Source: Eledone cirrhosa (Eukaryota). From it: 64,000 bases of DNA. The first letter of the stretch is position 1. Every line of letters starts with the position of its first letter. Shown piece by piece: positions 51,468 to 64,000 of this stretch. Position numbers and translations under genes: made by a program. The notes beneath the pieces are model-generated. The model worked only from the letters and a program-made list of their open reading frames with translations, made no database searches and was not told the origin of the DNA. Location: contig CAXHJY010001600.1 in assembly GCA_964016885.1 (NCBI GenBank), positions 62,001-126,000 of the forward strand, in the 5' to 3' direction.

Positions 51468-54400
51468 CCTGTGTCTCATATTTCAGAAGAAGAGATAGAA
51501 AAGTTTTGATTGATCTTTTTTTGCAGTTTCTTCAGCTGCCTGAGTGATACTTCAGTTATAACTTTTGCTATGGATGTTCAATGAAAAGAAAATCACTTTA
51601 TTGAAATGTAGAAGATATTGAAGATATCAATCAACTATATTACAAAGTGAATAAAAACAAAATATTTCAGACATATTTAATAGTTAATCAAAGCTTTTGT
51701 TTCAAAAAAAGCATCATTGTTCAATTCAAAGCAATCTGCAACTTTTATTATTAGACTTCCAATTAACAAAACTACAATTTTGTAGAGACAACAGAACATA
51801 TTGAAAAATATATTTCACCTAGAAATGCAAAAGTAAAATTAATTTCTGAGATAATATTGAATAAAAAAAAATTATAAAAGATTTCAATGAATAAATTATT
51901 ATTAAAGAAATCATTTCTTTTTAAAATATTTTCTTCCTGAGATAAATTTAAAATAAATTTCAACATGTTTCATAGGACTGAAAACCAAAAAATTCTAGGG
52001 CACTAAGATAAAATTATATGAATAGATATTTAATATTGCAAACAGATTTTAAGATTTCTGAAGTACATTCAACAATACCATCTTTAAAGCAAAGTGTTTT
52101 TTTTTTTTTTTTTTTTTTTTTTTCCGCTTCAGAAATTTCATGGAAAGGGTAGTGACCATGACCTTCACATGTCTTCTACTATCAACTGGAATCACAACTA
52201 ATCTACTAATACAAAGGGTAATATGTATTTGTCTGTCATGTAATAAATATTACGTAATAAATAGTACCTTCCTTAAACAGGATAGATACATTAACCTGAT
52301 TACTGAAGGAAAGTTTTTGACAGGGATCCAAATGAATAGTGATGGAACATCACTTAAATTAAAACTACCAACAATCTAGGCTAGTTTAAGACATAAAAAT
52401 AATTCTACAAAAAATCCTTTTTATGAACCAGTAAATGAATGAGAATTGTAGAGAACAAAATGAAATTATACATAGTTTCCATACAACTCACAAATACCTT
52501 TCCATAGAGTCGTCATAATTCACTCATAAATCTAGGTCAAAACCTCCCTCCAAATAATTATCCAATCAACTAGTAGCATCACAGATGAGTGAGGTGAAAT
52601 GTCAAAAATCACAAAATCAGAATTTTTTCTCTGCATACACTGTTTTATTTTCTTCAACACAATTCATTGTGAAGTAAAAGAAATTTAACAGATGACATGG
52701 TGATAATAACGTAATCAACGTTTTCTGTTTGATTTCATATGGTGCTGATACAATAAGAGAATTTTTATCAACACTTTGTTAATGAATATACTCTACTCGC
52801 AAAGGCCAAGCACTATTTTGAGGGTATTTGTAAACTAATTAGCAGCACCTAAAAAATAACTATACCTAAGACCTCAAACTAGGAAAGAAGCTTACTCATA
52901 CCATCAGTGTTTATAGTGCAACTTTCAGACCAGTAGTGCAATTAATGCGTCTTAGTAGTATCATCTACAATTACGGTCAATAGTATACTAGCAAAGGTCA
53001 CTAGTTCCTTCCGACAAGTTTTCAAAAGAAACTGATAAACCACTAATCAACTTGCTTACAAAGAGCCATGTTTGCTATTCTACTGACATCAAATCATTAC
53101 TTCTAATGATCAATGCAATCAAACATACATGCTTGAATGAATGTCAAAATAACTAGTGCTTCAAGGAAAAGATAGAGAAATCTGGTTGAGAGAGCAATTC
53201 TTGTTTACTTATATGAATCAGCAAAAGATAACAGCTAGCATCAGATATTATAGCTAGAGACACACATGAAATGCTTGCAGCTTTCAAATTCTTTAACTAC
53301 TCAGATGAAATAAAAATAACTAATTTAGAGAGGTCCACTAGCAAGCACAAACAACATGAGAAACTGCATGTCTAGTATTAGCCTATTTTACTACCAGAGA
53401 TCATGTCAGCATTACCAGCACATTGCTGTAGGTTTTATAGCCAGAGAATTTGCCTCATAATGTTTTCTAATTGTTACGTATCTTTTTCAAAAGTTGCACA
53501 AAATTATGTTGAGAGAAAAGTATTAGGCCATAATTATACTAGAAGATAATAGAAGCAAGTTGGTGGGAGGGACTAAAGCAGAATAGCTGAATTAATTACT
53601 AACAAGAAGTTTAATTAAAAGAAATTATTGACAGAAAATATAATTAATGTATTGCATGCATAAATCTAAGATTTCATTTGGACCAGAAAATTATCTATTG
53701 ATTGTTGGTTTGCATTTAATTATACCTAAAAACCCATTCATTAATACATGGTATTTATGCATTATTTTTCACAATATACCAAAGTTAATTTCTAATGTTT
53801 TCATGACTTGCATAGCATATCTAAAATGTGCAAGTATTGCTTCACTAGGCGAATGTGTATTTAAATACCAGTAAGGGATTAACAACTACAACAAAAAGAC
53901 ATACCATTTTTATGCAGTGGCACTTTCTATATGGACATGTAAATATATAGATTACACTGCACTTTCTCTCTCCCAGGTACAACATTACTTCACATCAGTT
54001 ATTTAGTATTATTTCTATCATACATATAATTTAAAACAATTTAGGAGCTTTTACATTTTATTTTCTAATTTCCTGAAGCATTTTATCTGTTTGGGCTCCT
54101 ATCAATATTTTCTGTCTTAATATTACTTTAATTACCAAGGATGGTGAATTATCTGATTGTTAGAGCATTCAACTTGCATTATAATCTAAGTTCAAATCAT
54201 GCTGAAGTGAAGAGGTTGTGAGTTTAGATATCAGGAATTTAGCCTCAAATGTGAGATGATAGTAGATCAAAAGTAGTTACTGTCCTGCTGCAGATCCACT
54301 TGAAAAATAGAACACTTAGTCAATTATGATAAAATAATACGAAACCACAATATAGTTTAGGAATTTGAAATGCCTTTTGATCTGAAGTCAATGTTTTAGT

Positions 54401-55830
54401 GAAATATAAGAAAGACATCCAATTACTTTCTAAAACTTCAATACCTATGGAAAAAAATAAAGATTCTAATGATGCAATAAGTATCTTTGCATGTTTGTGA
54501 GACAATGAAAGTTTGGAAATTTGACAGTACTCTTTGGTTCTTGTATTGATTGTATTGATATTTTGAGGTTTGATCATTTGCCTTCAAGAATCTTCAAAAT
54601 ATAAATGATCATGTATCTCTCCCTTCAGAGTTCATGGGAAAGAATATCATTATCATCATCATTATTTAATGTCTTTTTCCCAACTAGCAAGAGTAGGACT
54701 TAATATATCAAGTATAAACATAATTCTGTAATTATTATATTTGATCTCACCTTCTTAATGAACATTTCTTACAATCTTTGTAGCAGCAATTTTAGGGAAC
54801 CAATTTTGAGAATAATTTACTCATAATGCAATCAATATTATGTCAACAAAATAAACTGATATAACTTTAGCCCCCAAAATCCCATCAGATAACTTTTGAT
54901 ATAAAGGTGATAGTGAACTAATATAAATTCAAAAGTATGCAACACTAGACCTAAATACCAAACCCACCTTGTACTTTGTATGGAATGTATGTATAACACT
55001 TTACAGATGGACATTTTTCCCCTCACCCAACATCATGAAAATACTGTTGGGTTGAACTTCCTGTTATCCTTTGCGCAGCCAGATATATCACCCATTTCAA
55101 AAGTTACCATAGTATCACCTGAGTAACTGGGATGGACAGTGGGGGGTCAGCAATAGTAATTCATTCATGTTCAATAATACAACTATTAAAAGACAGGATC
55201 ATGAGATATCCTGCTCTGATGAATACTACAGCACTGTGCACTGACAATAGGATGATTGGTGGAAGAAAAATGTTTGTTATTACATATTTTATGATTGAAT
55301 AGTTTATTTAAAAAATTTATTTTATTAATTTGTATAGTTAGTTACTATGGAGAATATCCTATACTTACTAATGAAAAAAACATTCTACAACTATTATGAA
55401 AAACTTTTTGCATGCATATATTTTTAGGATATAATAACTAGTTTTAATGATTTTTTTTCCCTACAAATGCCTCAGAAACTGGAATGCACTGCATGACTGA
55501 CCAACTATTTTGGAAGATGAATTTGAAGATTCTATTGCTCACGATATCAAGAATAGAGAAAAATAAAGCTTCATTTCACTCTAAACAATATATATATTAG
55601 GTATATATTATATATGCATCATTGAAAATGTACCTAAAGGCAAGTGCAATCAATGCCATTCTTAAAAATTCAATACACTATCAGGTATTAATGCTAGGGC
55701 CCACACAAACGTTGGATACATAAAACAAAGAAAAAATTGTTTTAAAATTTGACATACATATATATATATACAAAACTATGACTGGTGAGTATATATGTAT
55801 GTATATATATATATATGTGTGTGTGTGTAT

Positions 55831-55888
<58 letters not shown>

Positions 55889-55964
55889 CAGGTTCAATTG
55901 GGGGTAACCACAGTAAGTAAGGTACTCAATACATAGTATAGTATATACAATTTTTAATATAGAA

Positions 55965-56014
55965 ATGGTTTCTACAGGACTAGAACTGTTTCCTTTGGAG
56001 AAATCATCAGGAAT
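55965..56014 (-). ncRNA. Minimal type I hammerhead-like ribozyme inside a ~40-bp inverted repeat
   Basis: Minus strand: ttc-CTGATGA-ttt/aaag-GAAA-cag...ctg-TA-gaa; intact core, GUA cleavage triplet. Confidence 0.65.
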
Positions 56015-56136
56015 GGAACAGTTCTAGTGTTGTAGAAGCCATTTCTATATTAAACATTATATATATATATATATGTAGAGAGACAGAGAGAGAGAGCAAG
56101 AGTGGCAGGGAGGCGGAAGAAGGAGAAGAAGAATAT

Positions 56137-56242
56137 ACATTTATTACGGGGTAGGTGGTGAGCCTTCTTATTCTGGAGTTTCCTTTGAGTAATCAGGTGA
56201 AACTCCAGAGTAACAAGACTCACCACTGAGCCATAATAAATG
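56137..56242. repeat. Long imperfect hairpin with a decayed hammerhead-like core
   Basis: catttatta..gtggtgagccttcttattctggagtttc / gaaactccagagtaacaagactcaccac..taataaatg; minus strand reads CTGATTA-ctcaaag-GAAA. Confidence 0.7.
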
Positions 56243-56254
56243 AATCTCTCTCTG

Positions 56255-56290
<36 letters not shown>

Positions 56291-57999
56291 TTCTGGCTGC
56301 ACAACTATGATTTTCAAGATTTATGAAATAGATTATGCAGTCAGAACAATTTAACTGACTAGTTTTTACTCGCGTTCTGTTTTGTAAAGTTTATGTACTA
56401 TCATATATGATTACATATGGTGAAAACAATCACTGTATGTAATCCATGATATAATTAAAATATCCAGGAACAATGGATAGCTTGTAAGGTTTCAACTGAT
56501 TAGCTTTATGTCATAGATTATTTTTCAGTTAGCTGCAGTTACTCAACAGCAGTAATTTTATATTAATTAAAATTTTTTTACGACTAACATTCATATTTGT
56601 AACTTGCTCTGGTCAAATAATTTTGACGATATATCTCCAAAGACAAGGTTCCTGAAATTTCAAGCACTGAAACAAAATCTAAATACAGCTGTAATTGAAC
56701 AATAAGAGTTATTAATCTCCAATTTGTTTCATCATTACCAACTGTCTTTCAAAAATTCTTATTTCCGTTTCGTTATCTCTGATATGTTGTTGAGTTGTTT
56801 ATTTTTGTATTTCCCCTAATCATTTTCAGATGATATTCTAGGGATTCACATATCCTTAAACCTTTGCAAGAGGTTTACAGAAGATTTAGATAACAGTAAT
56901 CAAACTATAAGTACTTTACCAGATGTCCATATCAGTAAACAAACTATAAATACTTTATCAGATGTCCATATAACTTCCCTAGTTAACCCTTCCTATATTT
57001 TCTCAACATTGTTTAGTCAATGTCATTTAAGAATTTAACTGCCAGTTATACATTTTTTAATAGAGTAGCAGCCATAAATAATACTGTTATGTATGTTTCA
57101 ATTATATGCTTTATCTCCATTTTCAATTACTTAGTTTACGTTTCTATTACCTGCCTCTTTAATATATTTTCTTCTGAAAATTATAATACAAATAAAAACT
57201 TAAAATAAACTTTAAATTGGAGTGATGTAGCAAAAGCTTTTAAACTATAGAAATTTCAATATTACAAAGATAATTTTTAAAATGGTTATAGCAGTTATTT
57301 CTCAAACAATTCGGATAACTAAAACAGTTAGTAGATAAATTAAATTCTCAAACATACAAGATAATTTGGAGATAAAATTTTGCCTTATCTTATTAATTTT
57401 TTTTTTTTTAAATGATAATGAAGATTTACCTCTGGAATGATCTTATTCATTAGATCAATAACAATTGATTTTCATGCCATTCACATCATAGAGATTCATC
57501 CATTACAAACAATGAATATTCCAAATGTAATAAACATGTAATTAGGATATAAATGGCTGTGTTATTGGGTTATTCTAATCTTCCTTCATGGATTCAAATT
57601 TGGTCAAAGACATTAAATTTTATCAAACAACAAAGCACATGTTACTTTCCCCTATCCACCCAATAGGTAAAGGTTTTAAAATCGAATATAATTTTATAGA
57701 ATATAGAGATGAAATTTATTGGTCTATCAAAATATATACCCAATATTTAAATTTGCAAATATATTAAAACTCTGCTCTTCTAGGCATAAAATGTAACAGA
57801 TAGGTGAGAAAACTAGAACCATTAGATCAGAGAGGCACTACATAAGTTCTTGTACTGTAAGCCAGACCAGAATCTGTTTCTCTCTCTCTCTCTTGCACAC
57901 ATCAAATATGAGCATACCTTCACAAGTATATAAAACACTGGTTCCTTATCAGATGATTGTAATGATAGATCATTATTGTTACACAGCGGTGGATTACAA

Positions 58000-58184
58000 G
58001 GGCGGTGGATTGGCAGTATCGGTAGAGGGTCGGACGCCATGCTTTCCAGCATAGTTACGTCCCTTTACGATCTGAGTTCAAATCCCGCCGAGGTTGACTT
58101 TGCCTTTCATCCTTATGGGGTCGATAAAATAAAGTACCAGTAATGCACTGGGTAATTGCTGGCCTTGTGCCTAAAGTAGAAACA
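58000..58184 (+). mobile_element. SINE family B, full length, 16-bp TSD
   Basis: A-box-like tggcagtatcgg, B-box gagttcaaatcc, body gcctttcatcct..ggggtcgataaaat; attattgttacacagc at 57972-57987 and 58185-58200. Confidence 0.92.
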
Positions 58185-60689
58185 ATTATTGTTACACAGC
58201 TATGAGGTCAGCTGTCATCAAGAATACCCATGGTCAAAGTTGTTCTGGCCATGACCATCCTGGTTTTTAGGGTTAGGGGCAAGAAGGACTACTTTATCCG
58301 ACATATCTTTATCTAATTTACGACTGTAATTTGAGATTGTCTGCTTTTTCTATCAGGCTTTTCTATCAGGCTTCCTCACCTATTGTGCTTATTTATAGTT
58401 TCACAAATTGACATATTTTGAGTGAAATCTCTTGGTCATGTATATAAGAAAATAATAACAGGATATGAACCACAGATCTTGCTGCAGCTCCTGTGCAATG
58501 TAAAAATAATATTTTAGCCTGCAAATCATATTTTTCTGTAACTTTGTAGTTCAAAACTAAGGAAAGTTGATTCTTCAAATGTATCTATTAATTTTGGACG
58601 AGAGATGAAGTAATTTTTTATCTCAACAACTATTGATAAAATAATGTGTATGAGATTCTTAAAGACTTTTTATACAATTCTACATGAAGTAAAGTTTGAC
58701 TTGGAAAAAAAGATATTTAAATTCTTTAATATATTCTAATTTAAGACGGTGCCTAAATGTTTTTCTCCTTGATCACACAACAATTACTGAAATCGTTCTT
58801 AATATTGCATAGTTCATTTGATATTCCCATGATTCTCATTGTAATTCAACAAAATGTAACATGAAAAGTACAAATTGTATACATTATTGGTTTATTTGGG
58901 GGGGGATTTTGTGAATGTTTCTTACTTCTTGAAACCAAATAAATCTTTAAATCTTATACTTATTTTTAAGTTCATCATGAAATAGTTAACTGTTTATTAA
59001 TGATTTGTAACTAATTTAGAGTAATGAAAACAGTTGAGAATAGAACATAAATGATATTGAAACAGCATGATCATTCTAGTTAACTGTTTAAAAGCCCTTT
59101 TAAGTTGAATAACTCAATAATTCTTAAGTTATTTTAGCTGCTATATATAAAGTGTATAAAATATTTCTTTTCTTCAAATATTAAAAAGAAAAAATATATG
59201 AAACTGTAAAATCAATTCTTTTTATCATAATTAGATCATGAGATTCTGGTAACAAAATAAATATCTGCAACAAACTAATGATGATTGCAGTCATAATGAG
59301 TTGTACAGATAATTTTCTTTCCCAAGAAGTGTTTAATGTTTTGATCAATCATAATTTAACACTTTGTAAAAGATAAAGATATCCAATTTCTTTTTATAAG
59401 ACATCTAACATTTTAAAATATGCAGAAAAACAGTGAAGATTTTGAATGCTATGTTTTTATATGTACATAATTAGAATAGAAAAATATAAACATTTGTAGA
59501 GAAAAAGAAACACATATTCGGAAAAAGGGATATGAGATATGTAGGTACATAATGAGGACTACTTTATGTTTAAATATTATTTGAAACTTAGCAAAGTGTA
59601 GTTCAAAAATTAATGAAGAAGATAAATATATCATAATCTTTTCAGCTGAATTTCATTAAGAAAATATAAGCAATGAAAACTGAGTGCATGTGAAAAACCT
59701 ATCATGGAGGTTAAATTATCAATAAAAGATAAAATATATTTTACACTTTATTTTAAAAGAAAACAATAAGTATTACATAAGTATTACATCAGAACATTTT
59801 TGAAAACGAAACTCATTATTTACACACATAACTATCTGCAATAACTATCAAAAGTAAAAACTGTTTCTTGAAATATAATATTCTAAAAATATTAACATTT
59901 GTTTTGTTTAATTTGTACTTATCTCTTAGCACAGTGAGACCAACAGTCATAAATCTATGAGAAATGCAACATTATGAGAGGTGTTAGAGAAACAAACTGA
60001 ATGATTTATGATATTTAATTCAATTCAATATTCTGAAATTGAATTATCTAAATTCAAATTTGCTTTATTCTCCTTCTAGAGAAAATACAACCATCTGCTA
60101 TAACTGATCAAAGCTCAATTAAGAATTGCTATTTATCTGTGTAACTTTTACACCAGCAAACTTTTTTTTCCTTTCAGTAAAGAAATTAATAGTAATATCT
60201 TTAAAATTCTAATTTTAGTATATTTTCACAAAAGGCCAGTATTTATGATCCATTTTTATGATCAGTTTTCTCAAGTAAATAAAACATTTCATTCTCTTTC
60301 CTTGACACTATTTTAAAACCCATTTCCAGCCCCCATTTTAAAACCCATTTCCTTCTTTGTCACTTCAAGTTCATATTAAAATACCATACATGTTTGTTTT
60401 GTTGTTGTTCATTTCTATTGCATTGTTGTTACTGTTGCTTGTTTCTCAGAGCCACTATCTTTATGTTGATATTATTGTTTATGTTTGCTTAGTAGAATTA
60501 TTGTTGTTCATTTCTGTGTTGATTAAGAATGGGAAAATGAGATTTTATGAAATCGTTTAGGATAGTTTTGTTGCAATTGTTCATCACTATTGTTTAGGAT
60601 GGGTGGGGAGTGATGGGAAGATTTAGCTGTGATTACTATCAACAAGCATCCTAGTGTCATACTGGGGTAGTGCTAGTGCTCCAAGACGC

Positions 60690-60918
60690 ACCCTGTCTAC
60701 CCTATAAGATGTTCATGCTAGAGTTATGATAAAATGCATCCAGTATACACTGTAAAGTTTGCCATCAGAAAGGGCATCCAGCCATAAAACTCAAGTAAAA
60801 AAAATGGAGTATATGAACAAAGCTTAGTCACTTGACCAGTCATACCTCAATATATGACAACCCACTAAACCCATGCAAGCAAAGAAAAATAGACATTAAA
60901 TAGTGAGGGTGATGATGA
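60690..60918 (+). mobile_element. Old RTE-type tail
   Basis: cactgtaaag...agaagggcatccagcc...cccatgcaagc...gatgatg. Confidence 0.55.
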
Positions 60919-60986
60919 ACGACAGTGTTGGGAGTCCATTGTGAAGTAAAATAATAGAATTATGCAATAAATGAATAATACTGATG

Positions 60987-61371
60987 ATAATTATTTCTAC
61001 TTTTGGCACAAGGCCAGCAATTACCCAGGTGCATTACTGGTACTTTATTTTATCGACCCCATAAGGATGAAAGGCAAAATTAACCTCAGCAGGATTTGAA
61101 CTCAGATCATAAAGGGCCATAACTCTATGCTGCAAAGCATGGCGTCCAACCCTCTACCTATACTTCCCCTGATAATAATATTAATAATTGTTTCTACTTT
61201 TGGTACAAGGCCAGCAATTATACCAGTGTATTACTGGTACTTTATTTTATCAACCCCGTAAGGATGAAAGGCAAAGTTAGCCTCATCGGGATTTGAACTC
61301 AGATCATAAAGGGCCGTAGCTCTTTGCTGCAAAGCCTGGCCTCCGACCCTCAACCAATACTGCCAATCCAA
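60987..61371 (-). mobile_element. Two tandem SINE family B copies
   Basis: ~60987-61168 and ~61183-61371, both reverse complements of 58000-58188. Confidence 0.9.
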
Positions 61372-62004
61372 ATAATAATGCTTAAGCTATAATGATTTTA
61401 AACAAATGAATGTCATTCCCCATTAATGCTTGGCTGCTACTTAGATCAAATCAAAGTAAAATCATATTGTATCACAGGGCTAAGTTTATTGACACAGGGC
61501 TAAGTTTTGCTATAAGCATGCACCTCTCCTGGCATTTTTTACTGTTTTTTTTTGGTGTGTGTGTGTGGGGGGGGGGGGGTCCAAAAAAATATATTTAGGA
61601 TATTTACTTTTTAAATATTGGAGATTGCAATTCTGCAAAACAAAATGTTTATAATCTTTTTTTTTTTTTTGCATCCACATACACAACCATCACTAAAATG
61701 CAATACAAAACCAACAATAAGTTTTGCATTTTTTGCTTTCTTTCAGAATTTTTATTTGAATTATGTTCTCAACATAGGATATTAAGATTCAACAAAAGAA
61801 GAAAAAAATTTTTTAAATTACAATTAATTCCACCCTAATAAATATGACATATAAAATTTGTAACATAAAATACGCACACATATAATGCACATACACATAA
61901 TATCAATACTTTCCTAAAATATATGTATCAGTATATATGTATATATGTGTGTCAGTAAAATATATGTATCTGTATATATGTGTATGTGTGTGTCTGTAGA
62001 TAGT

Positions 62005-62036
<32 letters not shown>

Positions 62037-62114
62037 CATACACATATATATATATATATACATACACATATATATATATACATACACATATATATATATA
62101 GATGTATCCGAAGA

Positions 62115-62228
62115 TATATTAATGTGGTAAAGGTCTAACTGAACTCTGTGGTTTCAGCTTGTGATCTCTCCTAACTTGGAGAGATTACAAGGAGAAACTC
62201 ATGATTGGATCTTTACCTCATTAATATA
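62115..62228. repeat. 114-nt multi-stem hairpin between microsatellites
   Basis: tatattaatgtggtaaaggtc / gatctttacctcattaatata outer stem; cttgtgatctctcc / ggagagattacaag inner stem. Confidence 0.8.
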
Positions 62229-62316
62229 CCCACTCTATATCTTGTCATGCATCAAGTACTACTCCGATTTGTGATCTGCCCAGTCTTTGCACAGCTGACA
62301 TATGCACACACACTCT

Positions 62317-62353
<37 letters not shown>

Positions 62354-62355
62354 CA

Positions 62356-62511
62356 TCCTCTTCTCATTCTCTTTTAGCTTTCTATTTCTTTTAGTTCTTA
62401 TATATATACTTATATATCTATATATATATATATATACATGTGTGTATGTATATATAAGTATATATATGAGAACTAAAAAAAATAGAAAGCTAGAAAAGAG
62501 TGATTTGAGGA
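62356..62511. repeat. ~60-bp imperfect inverted repeat around a microsatellite
   Basis: tagctttctatttcttttagttcttatatatacttatata / tatataagtatatatgagaactaaaaaaaatagaaagcta. Confidence 0.8.
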
Positions 62512-62714
62512 GAAAAATAATGTGTATGTACATATATATACACACACATACATATTAGGATGGCGTATATAAATGTGTGTATCATGTATTCGTCTATCTG
62601 TGTGTATATAAATGTGTGAGTATATTACACATGTATGTATATGTATTACAAATGTCTAAGTATATATCTGTTTGTATGAGAGTATGTATGTATGTAAATA
62701 AATATATGTATATC

Positions 62715-63085
62715 CTCATCATTGTCATCATCATCATTTAGCATCCATCTTCCATGCTAGCATGAGTACGACGTGCCATCCTCTTGTGAAAGATTCAGGT
62801 CGGAGGACCGTGTTTTGCTCACACAGAACTAATTTTAGCTTTGTTTCTGGATGCCCTTCCTAAATCCAGCCACATTTACAGTGTGTACTAGGTACTTTTT
62901 GTTGTGACACCTACACAACCACTTTACAGTGTGGGTTGAGCACATTTTATCATGACTCCTACACAACTTCTTTACAGTGTGGACTGGGTGCTTTTTGTAG
63001 TGATATTACACAACCACTTTACAGTGTGAACTAGGCACTTTTTGTCATGGCTTCAGGATGACCACTTTATGGTGTGGATTAGGGA
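62715..63085 (-). mobile_element. RTE-type 3' UTR with ~45-bp internal repeats
   Basis: (CAT)n tail, ctggatgcccttcct, repeated ccactttacagtgtg units. Confidence 0.75.
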
Positions 63086-63240
63086 TTTAGGTGGGGGAGA
63101 TGCATAGGGGAATTGGGGAGGTGATATTTTTCTGACAACAGTGTTTTTTTTAACTGTATTTCTAACTGCAAATTGTTATCATGATACTTTGATGAGTGAT
63201 ATATATATATTATCTGTTCTAATTTGTTTCCTGCGTGACT

Positions 63241-63352
63241 TTAATTAAACTCTGATGATACCCACAGTCTATATTCACTAATGTCAAATTGTTAAATAAA
63301 ACGATTTGTTATACGAAGCATAACCTGGGCAGAAACAATTGTCAGTTATTAA
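63241..63352 (+). ncRNA. Type I hammerhead ribozyme motif with palindromic stem III and large stem II loop
   Basis: aact-CTGATGA(63252-58)-ta-ccca...tggg-ca-GAAA(63332-35)-caattg-TC-agtt; GUC triplet, predicted cut after 63343. Confidence 0.75.
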
Positions 63353-64000
63353 ATGCCTATAATTCTTAAGTTCATTGGTTTGTAAACAAACTGTAAGTAA
63401 GTATATATATATATATATATATATATGTTAAAAACATTTAATTTCATCAACTTTTCTAATGTGATCAGAAAGTGCATGAATAATACAGACACCTACTTCC
63501 TTGATATAACTAGATTTAACACAACACTTAATAAACACTTCTCATTACAAGGAATCTGATTATCACAACAGAGTAAAATTTTAAAGATATCAACTCTGAA
63601 AACCCTGTGATGATTTAGTTGAAAATATCTAAAACCAGGCATATTAATTCAAATGTTTGTAGTTACTTGTGGACAGATCGTTGTAATTAACAGTAAACAC
63701 TTTATTTTCATGTGGTATAGGACTTCAAGAGTTAATAAATTTCAGGATTTAGTTTTTAATACAATTTTATATAATCAAAAGAACACCTACCAATAAGATT
63801 GAATCGATACTGTACATAGTAATTCATATCTATATAATATGTGGATTTGACAGTTATTATAGAACTGTCATGAATCAAAATTACTTACTACTCACACAAG
63901 TTAAATTTCTGAGATATGTAATTACATTTTTTATGGTTTTTTTTTTAGGTAGCCGAATTAAAAATCATGACCAAATCCATGACAAAATAAAAAAATTATA

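Noticed and set aside
55027-55118. Candidate upstream exon ending in gtgagg
   Set aside because: Stop codons in all three minus-strand frames; no upstream host exon could be supported in 47311-64000.
62870-63080. CRISPR-like repeat-spacer appearance (also 34866-35160)
   Set aside because: Eukaryotic context, degenerate tandem units within retroelement UTR-like sequence, no unique spacers or cas genes.

Overview
AT-rich, intron-dominated animal DNA; the repeat landscape ((TA)n/(ATG)n arrays, RTE LINEs, tRNA-derived SINEs, Penelope-like pieces) suggests an octopus/cephalopod genome (inference). One host gene crosses the window on the minus strand. Eight exons with GT-AG boundaries and mutually compatible phases (47182-47310, 39097-39432, 24813-25037, 23957-24711, 14809-15017, 12750-12887, 12430-12552, 2782-2856) splice into an open 663-codon segment: ectodomain, TM1, ~400-aa disordered loop, TM2, EGF, Ca-binding EGF, TNFR-like Cys repeat. 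By-eye similarity around TM2-EGF1 points to an invertebrate astrotactin-like protein; both gene ends lie outside the window or were not recognised. A diverged duplicate of the acidic end of the TM1 exon lies at 38451-38627. Introns hold a near-intact mariner (one nonsense codon), a Penelope-like GIY-YIG fragment, RTE LINEs whose RT carries a PHD-like finger, two SINE families (one with swapped tails), piggyBac/Tigger/CR1 relics, MITEs, long hairpins and several hammerhead-ribozyme-like motifs. All calls are by eye; no searches were run.
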